This document shows positions 13,389 through 25,659 of a stretch of 64,000 nucleotides of DNA, piece by piece; position 1 is the stretch's first letter; the number at the start of each line of letters is the position of its first letter. Where the stretch lies: positions 6,864,761-6,928,760 of the forward strand of contig SMSO01000031.1 in NCBI GenBank assembly GCA_004764695.1, written 5' to 3'. Made by a program: the position numbers and the translations under genes. The notes beneath the pieces are model-generated. The model worked only from the letters and a program-made list of their open reading frames with translations. It searched no databases and was not told the DNA's origin. This DNA comes from Schizochytrium sp. TIO01 (lineage: Eukaryota; Protista; Bigyra: Labyrinthulomycetes).

Positions 13389-14691
13389 ATGTTGCTCGAG
13401 ACGCAGACGCGGACGCGGGGACTCTCCAGAGGGCTCTCAAGAGCGCAGGATGTGCTTGTGCGGTGCCCCGCGTGCAGCTCTGTCCTGCAACCCCCGCCGG
13501 GGAGAGCATCTCGGTTTAGATGTCCTTGTGGAATGATCCTTGGAGTTCCGCAACAAAAACCTTTGAATCGACATGGAGCCTCGACGACTACTTCGACAAG
13601 ATCTGCGACAACTTCTGCAGAGAGTTCGTCTATTTCAAATGGTGTACCACCGCAATCTACACCGGATATGAGCCGCCACGATTGCGAACTGTGTCATAGC
13701 ACCTTTTCTTTCTTTTATAGACGCCACCACTGTAGAAATTGCCGCCGTTTGGTTTGTGACAACTGCTCCAAATTTAGATGGCCTACATCTATGGTACCAG
13801 AAGGCTACAATGCCAGGAACGAACGCATGCTTAGAATTTGCAAAATGTGCAATTCATCTATGGAAGGCTTCCGTGAGGCACTTGCAGAGGGAAATTGTGT
13901 TGCTGCTAAAGCGGTGTTCAACAAAGGTCATGTGCATGCAGACCGTCCTTACTCAGTCTTTGCCAACAACGCATATCCTATTCACTGTGCGTCAGCAGCT
14001 GGGTCTATTCCACTTGTGCAGTGGCTAATCGGCCTTGGGTGTGATGCCAATGTAAAAGATGGCACTGGCAGCACACCACTATCTCTTGCAGCGCAGCACG
14101 GCCATGTTGATCTAATGCGACACTTGCTCTTGAACAAGATTGCTACCATTGACCAAGTGGCCAACCAAACTGCCTTACAGGAGTGTTTCATGCGCGCCAT
14201 CTTGCAAGTTGAAAACTTGACTGCACTAATCACTTCACCGGTAGCTTCACTCGAAACTTCTCAGCCTCTGGCTGCTCCATCTGCGCCTGCATTTCCGTTT
14301 CCAGCAGAAGGTTCCCAACATAATGTCTCCCCTCCACCGGCTTACAGTAGCATCCAATCAAGACAGCAACCGAACCAATCCCAAATCCCGACTGCAGCCC
14401 CAGTGCCTCTCAACAGTGACGAAGAGGAAGAACAGCTGCGCATTGCGCTTGCTGCCTCTCAGAATACAACGGTGTTGCCTCAACAGCCCTTGCATGCTTC
14501 TCCACCGTTGGAGCCACGCTTTTAGTGCTGAATGTGTCGTATGTTATGATAACTCCGTTGAGACCTGCTTCGAGCCTTGTGGGCATGCGTGTGTCTGCTT
14601 ACAGTGTAGTGATCAAGCCTTATGTCCCATCTGCCGAACAGAAGTCACCCAAGCTCGTCGGATTTTTCTCGCTTCCTCAAATGAGAGTTAA
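13389..14691 (+). CDS. Zn-ribbon + FYVE + ankyrin + UIM + C3HC4 RING protein (putative endosomal E3 ubiquitin ligase); +1 frameshift near 14520
   Basis: Motifs in order: CPAC...FRCPCG ribbon; FYVE CELC..F....RRHHCRNC..LVCDNC...RICKMC; ankyrin repeats YPIHCAS and GSTPLSLAAQHGH; UIM EEEEQLRIALAASQ. The RING (CVVC..FEPCGH.CVC.QC...CPICR) lies in the +1 frame and ends at 14691. Confidence 0.8.
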
Positions 14692-14884
14692 TTTGAGGGT
14701 ATCGACAGAACCGATCTTCGCTGCAAATGCCCATGTGCTGGATTAAGAATACCCGCTGCTTCTTTTGGATATATAAGCTTTGGGCAAAGCAAATCAATGT
14801 ATGGCAAGGAAAGTCATGAAGTAAAGGAAACAAGAGAAACAGTAGGGTGATATAAAAACAAAAGTATGTTTGAGATTCTTGATA

Positions 14885-16834
14885 TTAGATATTGTAAACA
14901 CGAAAGGTCTTGTCAGAAGCAGCAGAAACAAAGTACTTGGAGTTAGGATCAAAGACCACGGCCTGCACTGCATCCTCATGTGCTTTGATCTGAGAAACTG
15001 TTTCATTACGATCAAGGTCGAACATGCGCACAATTCCGTCATCGGAAGCAGCTGCGAGGATCTTACCGCTCCGGTGAAATGCAACGTCATTGAGGGCATG
15101 CGCTCCGCCTTCGAAGGAGGTGAGCTCTTTGACCATACGAACGTCCCAAACCCGGACTATACCATCAGCATCACAGGATGCAATGATATCACCTTGCAAA
15201 TTAAGTGCGAGAGAGTTACATGCATTAGTGTGCCCAAAAAAGGTTTGCACACAAAGACCCGAACGTGCGTCCCACATGGACACAGTTTTATCGCCAGATG
15301 CAGTGCACACATTGCTCGAAAAAGGTTGAAATCGAACAGCATTGACAGAGTCAACATGTCCTCGAAAAGTCTGTAAAACCTTCTGTGATTCAACGTCCCA
15401 CAGTCGGGCAGTGGCATCCATTGAGCACGAAGCGAAGAATCCACCAGAATAGTGCCACGAAACACCCCACACAGGCTGGGCGTGGTCTGTAAGTGTCGCA
15501 GAGCATGCAGCGCGTTCAAAATCCCAAAGTTTCACTGTACCGTCACCACTAGCAGAAAGTAAATGAGTACCAGCAGGGTTGAAATCAACTCCTGCCACCC
15601 AGTCCAAGTGGCCTTCACCACTCATGATGAGTTCACCATTCGGAATACTCCAAAGCTTCCATGTCTGATCATCTGAAGCAGTTGCCAACACTTGCTTTTT
15701 CGGATGGTACGCAAGCGCCGAGATGGCATTCATGTGTCCTTCGAAAGTCTTTAGAACTTGCAAATTCTGAACGGATGGCTTGTTAAATTTTGTATCAAGA
15801 TACGGGTTAATTGGATCAACAGAGGGTAGTCCATTCTCAATCTTCTTCTTCGGAGACTTGGAGGGTGCTCGGCTCGCTCTAGATGCTGCAGTAGAAGCCA
15901 TGAACGAAGAAGCCTTGCTTGGTTTAGTCAAAGAGCTCTCGGGATTCGCAATCGCAGGCACTCCAGAGGTATCTTCAAGAGCGCGCACCTGGATTTCTAA
16001 GGTTTCATTTCGAGCACTGAACTTATCACGCTCAATTTTCATAAGCATTTTCTCTTTCATAGCTGCCTCATACTTTTGTCGGAGCTGTCCTATCGTTGGC
16101 TCGTAGGTCTGGTAGTGTTTCTTAAGCCTTTTAATCTCCTGGATCAATGTGTTTTTCTCCTGCACTACACGCTTGTGGTTGAGCTTGTGAAAGTCCCGCT
16201 CCTTGCGAAACTTGTCCCAGGTTGACTGCGCTTTGTCAGCCACAGCCTTTGTACGCTCCAGCTCGTCGCGAAGCTCTTTCACCTGATTATCCAACTCTTC
16301 ATTGCGAAGGTAGATATCTGGCACTGCTCCAATGAGCTCTGCGTTCAATTTGCCTTTTGCATCAAGCTCATACCATTCTGTATTAAAAATATCAAGTGTA
16401 CGCTCCATCCCAACTTTGATCAAAAAGCTGCGGAAAAAGTCGTCAATTACAGCTGGACGTACCATGGTCTGTGCTCGTGTCTCTTCAGTTTCTGCAACTT
16501 GTCTTCGAGCACTTCGTTGTCCACTCTGCTCAGAAACAACACGGTGTTCCTCACTGCTGTCGTCTGCAGAAAGTTTTGACTCAACGTTCTTTCGGCTCTG
16601 AGTGCGTCTTTGGACAGTGCGCTCGAGCGATGCAAGAGTTTCTTCTGCTTCGAGGTCCAAGTCGTCATCGTCTTCGTCTTCGTCAGATTCTGGCACAATC
16701 TCGTATCGCAAGAGATCATCCATGTCATCTTCTGCTTCATCCTCATCATCAGAAATGTACTCGTAACGCACAACCTTGACTTGCTCGCTGCCCTTGCCGC
16801 CGCTTGCACTACTTTCTTGAAGTTTACTTTCCAT
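14885..16834 (-). CDS. SPAG16: Flagellar central-pair WD40 protein PF20/SPAG16
   Basis: Acidic N-terminus, then RPAVIDDFFRSFLIKVGMERTLDIFNTEWYEL and the coiled coil W.KFRKERDFH..HKRVVQEK, then seven GH...WD repeats. This layout is characteristic of SPAG16/PF20. Confidence 0.9.
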   Translation of the reverse strand: MESKLQESSASGGKGSEQVKVVRYEYISDDEDEAEDDMDDLLRYEIVPESDEDEDDDDLDLEAEETLASLERTVQRRTQSRKNVESKLSADDSSEEHRVVSEQSGQRSARRQVAETEETRAQTMVRPAVIDDFFRSFLIKVGMERTLDIFNTEWYELDAKGKLNAELIGAVPDIYLRNEELDNQVKELRDELERTKAVADKAQSTWDKFRKERDFHKLNHKRVVQEKNTLIQEIKRLKKHYQTYEPTIGQLRQKYEAAMKEKMLMKIERDKFSARNETLEIQVRALEDTSGVPAIANPESSLTKPSKASSFMASTAASRASRAPSKSPKKKIENGLPSVDPINPYLDTKFNKPSVQNLQVLKTFEGHMNAISALAYHPKKQVLATASDDQTWKLWSIPNGELIMSGEGHLDWVAGVDFNPAGTHLLSASGDGTVKLWDFERAACSATLTDHAQPVWGVSWHYSGGFFASCSMDATARLWDVESQKVLQTFRGHVDSVNAVRFQPFSSNVCTASGDKTVSMWDARSGLCVQTFFGHTNACNSLALNLQGDIIASCDADGIVRVWDVRMVKELTSFEGGAHALNDVAFHRSGKILAAASDDGIVRMFDLDRNETVSQIKAHEDAVQAVVFDPNSKYFVSAASDKTFRVYNI

Positions 16835-17918
16835 GGTGCTTGAGAGTACGTGATAATACTCTCAAGCTAACAGTTCGTTTAGATGTAGTACACCGCTACT
16901 CAGGCAAGCCCGAGCGTGAGCGCACGACCGCGCGAAACCAAAAGGAACAAGCAGATTTGCCACACAACAATGGCAAACAACCTTAGCAGCTGTATTTAAT
17001 ATAACGCTCTCACGGCGCCAACTTAATTGTTCTTCACCTCGTTTAGTTCACTATTTGCATATATCTATGTATGTCTGTATTAGTGCACACTGCTCAATAA
17101 CTTGGCCTGTGTCCATGAGTAAATACCATGAATGACCTCGCCTTAGGTTTCTTGTTGAGAGTACCCATAACCCATATACGTGTTGTACGAGGTCTATTCC
17201 TCTTCGTGGGTATGTATTACCTACCCCTTTCAGTGCCAGTCTCTGTAAGCAGAACAAGAAAGCAACCCACCCAGGTGTCCGTTGAACCTTCAGATTGGGA
17301 AAGGAGGTTATAATTTTTGTTGGAATATTTCAATCTAAAATAATCAGTAGGGATCTGGTACAGGCACTTACCTACCTAGTAGCTACCTACCAGTTTTGGC
17401 TGAGTACTCAATGATCATCAGAAAGAGAGCAAAGCACAGAAAGAAACAGAGATGTTTTTATGGTAACAATCCACGATGACGGAAAGCTCAGGTACGTGAA
17501 ACCATGGAAAAACATCAAACCTACCACTAACAAGAGGGTCTAATCAGCCTATTAAAAATTATCATACCATATGGTGCCGTAATATGATGGAAATGCAGAA
17601 CCACACTCGCATTAGTCAGATGTAATGAGTTAAAATCTTTTTAGCTTGGTAAGAACTTAAGCCAAGACAGAAACAACAAAAGTCACGGTATTACAGTATC
17701 AATGTAAAAGTGAGGCCTAACACTTTAAGGTTTAGTTTTCCCTGCATATAAGAATAAAGCGATCGGAAAGTTCTGATGAATTGAATATAACGCAGTGATT
17801 ACTTTTCTGCACTGAGGTTGCAGGATTAGATCATGGCCAAGGGTTTTCCGAACCATTCACAAGGATATCCTCGTATAACCACGATGCTCCTAGAGCACAA
17901 TTTATTTGATTTTTTCAC

Positions 17919-20724
17919 ATGAATCCTTCCCGTGTTCCGCGTGCACAGAATCGTGCAACTTCGGACCAGACCAGAACCCCCACCCTGAGTTTGAGGCCTT
18001 CTGTAACAGGAACCACGATTCCACTGGGCAGCAACGCCATGAACTCTGCCAATACCTATGCCCACTCAGCCCTGACTGAAACCTTGAAGAAGAGGTTTGG
18101 CTTTGACGGATTCCGCAAGGGTCAAGACGTCGCCGTGAAAGGCTTTCTCGAGGAAAAACGCGATGTGGCAATCTTTTGGGCCACAGGTGGTGGTAAAAGT
18201 CTTTGTTATCAGCTTCCTGCTCTACATGCGTGGGATAATAGAGCATTGACTGGAAATCGGGAGTTCTTGGTGGTTGTAAGTCCTTTGGTGTCTCTAATGC
18301 AAGATCAAGTTCATGCTCTCAATGCTACAGTACGGGCTGAGAATGAACCTAACCTGGCTACCTTCCTGGGATCAGGTCAATCTGACGCAAGCGCAGAGGG
18401 ACATGCTCTTCGGGGAGACTTTGCACTAGTTTATGTGAGCCCCGAAAAGTTGCTTTCTTTCGGATTTCTAGATGCACTTGCCAGAGTTCAGAGCCAGGTC
18501 CTGGGGTTTGCGATCGACGAGGCTCACTGCGTTAGTGAATGGGGTTCTGATTTTCGACAGGAATATGCAAAACTTGGTCGTATTCGTGAACAGATGCCTG
18601 GAATTCCAATTATGGCCTTGACAGCAACAGCATCTCCGCACATCCGGGGTGATGTAATTCAGAAACTCAAGTTCAAGAACACACTATTGTGCAAGGGCTC
18701 ATTTGACCGCCCCAACCTCTACATATCTGTCAAGCGCCGGCCTTCTGTTGGGGAAGCTGCGCGCGAAGTTGCAAATACATACACGAAGAGCCCGGGTGCA
18801 ACAATTGTCTACGTCCCAACCACGAAAGGTGTAGAAGAGTTTGCGTACATGTTGAAGTCAATTTTGGGAAATGAGTTTGTTGGACTATATCACGCTAAAC
18901 TCTCAATGAATCATCGTGATGAGACACACAATCAGTTTTTGACTGGTGAGGTTCCTATTATTGTAGCCACTGTTGCTTTTGGCATGGGTATTGACAAACC
19001 TGATGTCCGTCGTGTGGTACATTTTGGTCCGCCTAAAACATTCGAAGCCTATGTGCAGCAGATTGGTCGTGCAGGGCGTGACGGCCTTAAGTCATATTGC
19101 ACTCTATACCAGCTTTCATCAGACTTCACAAAATATAGCTCAGACTTTTACGTAGGGTCTCTTTCCCCTGAAGCTCGGAAGATTACACTAGAAAGTACTG
19201 CCCGTCTTGAAAAGTTCTGCGATACGCCAATGTGCCGCCGGTATCAGATTCTCAAGGCTTTTGAAGAGCCTGAACCAGACTGGGGAAGGTCTTGTGGTGA
19301 TTGCGATGTCTGTCGTCTCTATGACCGATCTTCGTCCCAAGGTTTGCAAGCTCCTCAATCTTCAAAACGCGATTTCACAACACCTGTATTGTCTCTACTA
19401 AGTGTCATTGGTGGTAAAGGTTCTTCTATGACTAAACTTGTTTCTGCAGCATCCAAGTTGCAAAAATCAGAAAGCACAAAGCGTTATACGCAAGATGAAC
19501 TTAAAGAGATTCTTGGTATGCTTGTTAGCGCCGGTTATGTGAAGACTGAAATTGTGAGCTTTACGTCTGGAGGTGGGAGCTATGGTAGCCATGCTACTGG
19601 AAACCGATGGTCTAAATCCGGCGCTGGCTACGGAGGCCAAGAACGGGATATCACCTACAAAAAGTACACTCTTACCTCCTCCGGAAAGGTGGCATTGGCA
19701 ACCGCGGCCCAGATTTGGCTTGTGCCGAGCCCGTACTTTATTGATCAAGAGGTTATTCAAAATGAAAAGGCTATGATGCGCCATGAAGAACTCCGTGCTC
19801 TAGGAGTAGACCCAGCTTTGGTTCCAGAGTCTGAAATAAGAAGCGGATCCGGCCCTTCGTACGATGGTTTTGTGCATTGGCATCGTACCTTGAATCAAGC
19901 AGAGAAGTCCGGTCGAATCGCCTATGTGGAGCAATTGCAAGAAATGCATCAAGCTATTATAGAGTGGCGTCAACAAGAAGCAAAGAGAGCCCAAACGGCA
20001 CCATCCACGATCATTCCAGACTACCTTGTGTGCAAACTTGCATATACCCGGCCAACAACTGTGGAAGCTTTGCGGTCTGTTGGCATTCCGTGTTGCAAAT
20101 TTGCAACCACTCGCCCAACTGATTGCTAGAAGATCGGAGGAAGTGGGTCTTCCCTCCACAGGATCTAAAAGAGTTCGAGGAGAGGGCTCTCACGACACTG
20201 AGTACGCTAAATTTCCCAGTGGAATGGTTAAACCACCAGTCAGATGGAAACTGGCCCCGAATGTTCAAGATAGGCGCAAACTCTTAGCTTGGGAACTGTC
20301 GTGCAATCAACTTGCTGAAGGACATACTCTGGAGTCTATAGCTTTGAAAGGGTCTACGAAGCCGCGCCAAGTTCGCACAATTGTCGTACACGTACTTCAA
20401 GGACTGCAACATGGGCTCGCTGCTGATCTTTCAGCGTTAGCAGATGCCGCCAACTTGAATCTTTCAAGAGCAGATTGGGACATGCTTGAGTCCACGGCAG
20501 TCGCTACAAAGTTTGATCCAAAAGAAGACAAAAGCGGTTCCTGGAAGGGCGATTTTGCTCGCCATGCCTTAGGCGAAGAGTTAATTACTAAAGCTGACAA
20601 GTCACCGGATGAATTAAATCGTGTTTCAGACTTTTATCAACATCTAGATTGGTGGTTGACTCTTCGCCGATGTGGGATTGTCCCTTCCTTCGTATCTACC
20701 TCCAAGCGGGGCAAAAGCTCATAG
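17919..20724 (+). CDS. recQ: RecQ-family (WRN/RecQ-like) ATP-dependent DNA helicase with RQC and HRDC-like domains; +1 frameshift near 20088
   Basis: Motifs: ATGGGKSLCYQLP, SPLVSLMQDQV, DEAHCVSEWG.DFR..Y, ALTATA, VATVAFGMGIDKPDVR, QQIGRAGRDG and Zn-binding CRR...CGDCDVC. The HRDC-like WR..EA...P..I......LA..RPTT.EAL continues in the +1 frame (ORF 20026..20724). Confidence 0.88.
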
Positions 20725-21185
20725 AGTCTTGAGAAGTAGTGAGAGGGACATATTTCGCTGCTACCTTGTAGTGATACGAAGTTGATTCCTCTTTCTATTT
20801 TTGAAAATCTACCAACTGTAATTGTTCTTTTCTTGGACATTAATTTTGAGGAGGCACAATACAATTATTTCTATACTCTTTTCAGTTTGATTGAACAGAG
20901 GTTATTTGCATCCACTCTTGGGAAATGGCAAGGTGCATGCATATGCATACTGAAGAGCGACGAGCGACTAAAAATTAAAGCAACTTTTTAATTATTATTT
21001 TCTCATTATTGAGGTAAATCAGTTATTTCTAACAAATTTCACAGATTTTGTAAAGCATATGGAAAGCTCTCACGCAGCACGCAAACAATATGCACGTTTT
21101 TGTTTGTGTTTGTGTTTTAAATTAAGAGGGAGGGGGGGGATCTGCCATATGCCATTCATAGTTTTGCCGTTTTTTGTTTTTTTTA

Positions 21186-24089
21186 TCAAGAGGTTTTTTT
21201 CAGTAATGTGAGAGAAATCATTCCTTGCCCTAGTGCCACAGTCTTACGCTGACCTACAAGCGCAAATGTACGGCGAAATTTAGCGCGAACCCGCGCCCAG
21301 ACTGCGTCAGTTTCGTCCTGGAAATTTGCATTGCAGAGTTTATAGTGCATAACGACGCAAATGTCAACACGGGGAGCTGTGTGCAAATCAAGAGACTCTC
21401 CATCAACCCCAGATACTCCACCAGAGTCAGCAAGAGCTGAAGATGATAAAGGAAAATCGAGTTGGAGAGGTTCTGATGCTCTTCTTCTGTGTCGTAACTT
21501 TGAAAGAGACAATCTGAAGTCAGTATGTGAAGGGTTTTTTACAGGGGTACTGTGTGCCGATGATGCAGAAGATGTTTGACTCTCCAGAATATCTCTCTTC
21601 TTACTATCCGAAGAATTGCCTTCAATATCCAAACCCTCTAATGCTGCAGAATAGTCTCCATCAGATGACGTTTTACGATGTACGTTGAAAGCCGAGCTCG
21701 ACTGAGTTGTCGTAATTTGGTTCTGATTCTGTTCTTTTGACGCTGACGAAGGTTTCTCTTTTTGGTTACGCGACTGAGGCTGACTTATAGCTCTGTGACG
21801 TCTCACTGATGATCGACGTGATTTTTTTCCTTCAGTGTGCTGAGAAGATAGTGAAGAACGTCGTCCTGTCTGATCTTCAGGAGTTGGCGCTCGCTGAAGA
21901 CGAGGAGCGCTATAAACACGAATCCTAAGAGGTTGAGTGGGGACAGAAGTATCGGCTGCAACGAAGGAATACTCAGGACTTGCACAAAGAACAGAGACAG
22001 CGTCAAGAGTATTGCCTCCGGACTGTGTCCGATTGCACGTCATCAGCACTTGATGGGCAAGCTCTAATGCTTCGGCTTCTGTTAAGTCTACTTCAATTGA
22101 ATTTCGTTGAATCTCTCGTGCAATTGCACATATAATCGCACACACGGCTGGGCTAGCAAAGCTTCCACTGGAACCAGCGCTGCGTTTGCCAATCAACTCA
22201 GAATGACCTTCAAAGGTTTTGTCATTAATTACAATAGTGTCGCGTTGCATATCCTTTAAAATTTGCATCATTGTTGAGTCGTGCGCAATTCCTCCTCGAG
22301 GAAGTTTAAGCTTATCATGAACCCAAGCCACAGGTACATCGATACGCTTGGACCCTCGCACAGGCACCTCATCACCAATGTAGTCAACGAGAGAACTACC
22401 TCCAGGGCTAATACTGCCATTCTCGTCAGAATCAGGTTCCAGTTCGCAGATTAGTTGTGCTGCATTTAAATGATTAAGACCAAACACTTTCCCTAATGAT
22501 TCAAGGTATTCTTCTGGTGAGTGGGACTGAGAAACACGCATATGGAGCTCGTTTAGCCTTTTTACTTCAACAGCGCTTTCGTGCTCCATACGAGTTTCAA
22601 GATTGGCTGCATCTTCAATGACTCTCATCCAACGAATACGTTCATCTTCTGAACTTGCCGCCCAAATTCTGGCATCTGTGTTGCGGGTTTCGCTACCCTC
22701 TACCACAGAGGCTCCATACAAACGTGTACTCGCGCTTGCGTCTTGGCCAGACATTGGGTCTATGATTTCAAAGGCAAAACGCCCGTGCTTTTTCTCAATA
22801 GGTCTGCATCGCAATCCTGGGTGCAAACGCATGGTCTTGACGGGCTCTCTTTTATCTTTTGTATTCTTACCAAACAAAACTAAGGGGGAAGCCATAGACG
22901 AGGTTGAAGAAGGCAAGGAGGAAGAGCTCTCTTGCATTCCTGGGGCGGCACTACTGGTGAGATATGTCATAAGACCGGGTGAAACAACTACAAATTTGCT
23001 GCGAATATTAATGCCTTTGCCTTTACGAAGATGGCCATACATAATTGCTTCATTGCTAGCCGGGAGCTCAGGGTATTTGATCCGTAAGCTCTCGAGAACC
23101 TGCATTTCCCAATCGAGTTTCGCCTTGACGAGATCAAATACTGCATGTAAGAAAAACGATTGGTTACCATCAGCTTCTGAGAGAAACACACGAGCTGTAC
23201 TTTCGGGTGTTTGCACAAAGTTGCTGGAGTTAGCATGTTCACTGTCTGAAATAGGTGTGAATGGGCTTGATGGCGATGTGCCATAACTCGACGCATCATT
23301 GCCTTGATTTGCATGCAAGGACCGAGGCATGGGTCTTTGATCCTCGCTGCTTATCACAGAACTTGCGTCGGACTCTCGGTCTAAGTCCGCTGATAATCTG
23401 CTGCAGCCATCATCGTCAGCTTCGCTCGCGATGCTTAAGCGCCGCGATGACTTTGTCACGCGTCTGTTCCCCGGCTGCCGTGGAGTCATTAGAGAAGAAT
23501 CATTTCGCGTATATTCATCCGCGTGTTGTGGCCCATCCATGACTCCATCTTGATGCGAGTTTCTTCTTGCAGGGTTCGCAGACGAAGTTGATGTCAAGGA
23601 CGATGAAGAGGACGTTGACGAGGCTATCCTCACAGTCTGCTGAGGTACAACCGTGGATGAAGAACTCCTAAGCGATGCAATCGCTGACCGATGCCGCATA
23701 ACCTCCTGAGCAAGCTCGTTTGTGAGACTGCGTAGTTCGTCCTGAGCCACCGAAGTTGCATGCGGTGGCATCTCGCCCGAAGAGGTTACCTTGTCGGAAA
23801 CCCTTTCTTGTGGTAGCGACGGCGCCACTGAGATTGTAGAAGGCTTCAACCTCAGACCCGACGAGGTTGAAGACAAGAATGATTTTGATTCAGGTCTCCT
23901 GCCATTCTTTTTTAAAGATCGTGAAGTGCTGCTTCCGAGTTCCGGTTTAGATTTGCGGGCGTTGGCTGGGTTCGGGACCTCGCGCAGGCCGGGTCCACTT
24001 CGGTCCTGACCGTCGCCAAGTCCCAGTACAGCCTCACCAGCAGCGACGCCGCCCGACGAGACTCTGCCGACCCCATGTCCAGCTTGCAT
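21186..24089 (-). CDS. PH-domain protein with long Ser-rich disordered regions, function unknown
   Basis: 991-codon ORF whose first in-frame ATG is at 24089. PH hallmarks: IMYGHLRKG...KFVVVSPGLMTY...FAFEII...RIWAASSEDERIRWMRVI. Confidence 0.75.
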   Translation of the reverse strand: MQAGHGVGRVSSGGVAAGEAVLGLGDGQDRSGPGLREVPNPANARKSKPELGSSTSRSLKKNGRRPESKSFLSSTSSGLRLKPSTISVAPSLPQERVSDKVTSSGEMPPHATSVAQDELRSLTNELAQEVMRHRSAIASLRSSSSTVVPQQTVRIASSTSSSSSLTSTSSANPARRNSHQDGVMDGPQHADEYTRNDSSLMTPRQPGNRRVTKSSRRLSIASEADDDGCSRLSADLDRESDASSVISSEDQRPMPRSLHANQGNDASSYGTSPSSPFTPISDSEHANSSNFVQTPESTARVFLSEADGNQSFFLHAVFDLVKAKLDWEMQVLESLRIKYPELPASNEAIMYGHLRKGKGINIRSKFVVVSPGLMTYLTSSAAPGMQESSSSLPSSTSSMASPLVLFGKNTKDKREPVKTMRLHPGLRCRPIEKKHGRFAFEIIDPMSGQDASASTRLYGASVVEGSETRNTDARIWAASSEDERIRWMRVIEDAANLETRMEHESAVEVKRLNELHMRVSQSHSPEEYLESLGKVFGLNHLNAAQLICELEPDSDENGSISPGGSSLVDYIGDEVPVRGSKRIDVPVAWVHDKLKLPRGGIAHDSTMMQILKDMQRDTIVINDKTFEGHSELIGKRSAGSSGSFASPAVCAIICAIAREIQRNSIEVDLTEAEALELAHQVLMTCNRTQSGGNTLDAVSVLCASPEYSFVAADTSVPTQPLRIRVYSAPRLQRAPTPEDQTGRRSSLSSQHTEGKKSRRSSVRRHRAISQPQSRNQKEKPSSASKEQNQNQITTTQSSSAFNVHRKTSSDGDYSAALEGLDIEGNSSDSKKRDILESQTSSASSAHSTPVKNPSHTDFRLSLSKLRHRRRASEPLQLDFPLSSSALADSGGVSGVDGESLDLHTAPRVDICVVMHYKLCNANFQDETDAVWARVRAKFRRTFALVGQRKTVALGQGMISLTLLKKTS

Positions 24090-25659
24090 CGCGCTAGATG
24101 CCAGCTTCGCACAAGTAGGAAATTCAGGCTTTGGCGCGCCGTTTGGTCTCGACGCCTCCACTTCTACAATGTCGCCTCTGCTCCAAATTGGGACTCAACG
24201 CACTAAAAAGCACTAAAAAGGCAGAAATATTTATTTTTAATTAATTAAAAAATGAAAATGAAAATGAAAACAGGAAGAATGAACAAAAAGAAATAGTACC
24301 TGCTAGATACGCCTACCAGGTACCTACTACCGCACGACCGTGAAAGACCTTGAGCCTGGTGTCAGCCTTGGGCGTGGTACCGCTTATCGCTGTGGTACGT
24401 AAAGAGGAGAAATAAAATAGCACTATCATGTGAAAGAAAGGGAGAAATTAACCACCCCGCCACAACTTGGCCTCGCCGGCGACAGTGGACGAATGAATGA
24501 ATATGTAAATGCAGTATGAATTTATGAGGCTGATGTAAAGTAGAATTCATATTTGTGTGAGCTAGCTAAGAGTGGGCCGGTCATACAGCGAAAGAGACAC
24601 ATTTCATCTGAACGTGCTGGCGACCTGGCTCTCAGGTCGCGAATTGAGCGCTTTTGCTATATCGGTATAGAGGTTTTGGGGTTGAGTGTGTCAGTTTATG
24701 AGTTTGGGTATCACCTAAGTAGCAGGTTCTAACTCTTGGTTGGTGCTACCTAGTTACTGCCGAATAGAAGCTCGTCCTATCTCGTCGAGCGTTCAACTTG
24801 TGTTGTAATGTTCTAGGGGTGTCGGAGCGGGCTAATTCTAGGATAGTTTTGGCGAACATAGGAAAGACGTACCAGGTGCGAATAGCTAGGTGCTCTTATT
24901 TTGTTATCTTCTATTCCCTCGTGGTTTTGATGAAGACGCAAAATAAGACTTATCCGCTGATAGTAGATATTGAGCCTGAACATAGCTCACAATGTAATCA
25001 TTTCAAATAGGATGAGCTTGGGCTGAAAGGAATGCTTTCAATTTCTATGGCGCTAAATGAAGAGAGGTTTGTTTGGGGTTCTCTGGGAAGTCTAGGCTGG
25101 TGTGTGACGAGCGGAAACAAAAATAACTCGAATAAATTAGGCCTAGTTGGTAGTTCTTAGACTTTACAAGGGGAAAAGTAAAAGTGGAAGAGCTTCTTTT
25201 CAGTCCTTTTGGAGTAATGTAAAATGCAAAGTGCCAAGAAGCAAAGGTCAGTGGTAGGTGTAGAGCAATGGAGTGGGATTGGGACACTCTTACTGTCAGT
25301 CGAAGCTTGCGTTTCAAGAGGCATCCAGTGGCAACAATGGGCGCCGGTTCAGGGGCAGTTGAAATCGAAATAGGTGCCAGGGACGCTACGATTGGGAGTA
25401 AGCCATCGCAAAAATGTAAATGGCAGCTTGATAAACTACTCCGAAAGTACAGTGGGAACATTTTTGCAATACAAATGATTTCAACAATCTAGAAGTATTA
25501 GTGTATAACGTTTTGCATCATAGTGGGACACGATTTATCATGCAGTGAAGAAACATACGGTGCCCGGGAGGTGCTACGCAGTACCCGCGTACGCATGAAG
25601 GATAGCGAGGGAGGGGTCAGTGCTCAAGTGAAACAAGTAGCAAAGTTAAAGTCACGCAT

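Noticed and set aside
13153-13519. Poly-K and poly-F ORFs on both strands
   Set aside because: They arise from the (AAG)11 microsatellite and the GC-rich start of the FYVE gene.
20075-20129. 55-nt GT...AG intron as the fix for the RecQ frameshift
   Set aside because: The donor is weak (gtctgt) and splicing would delete the end of the HRDC-like domain. A single-base insertion is more parsimonious.
24203-24330. Putative intron upstream of the PH-domain gene (minus strand, pyrimidine tract plus ctttttag)
   Set aside because: It is plausible as a 5'UTR intron, but the donor is ambiguous and an in-frame TGA at 24197 prevents a coding extension, so I did not call it.
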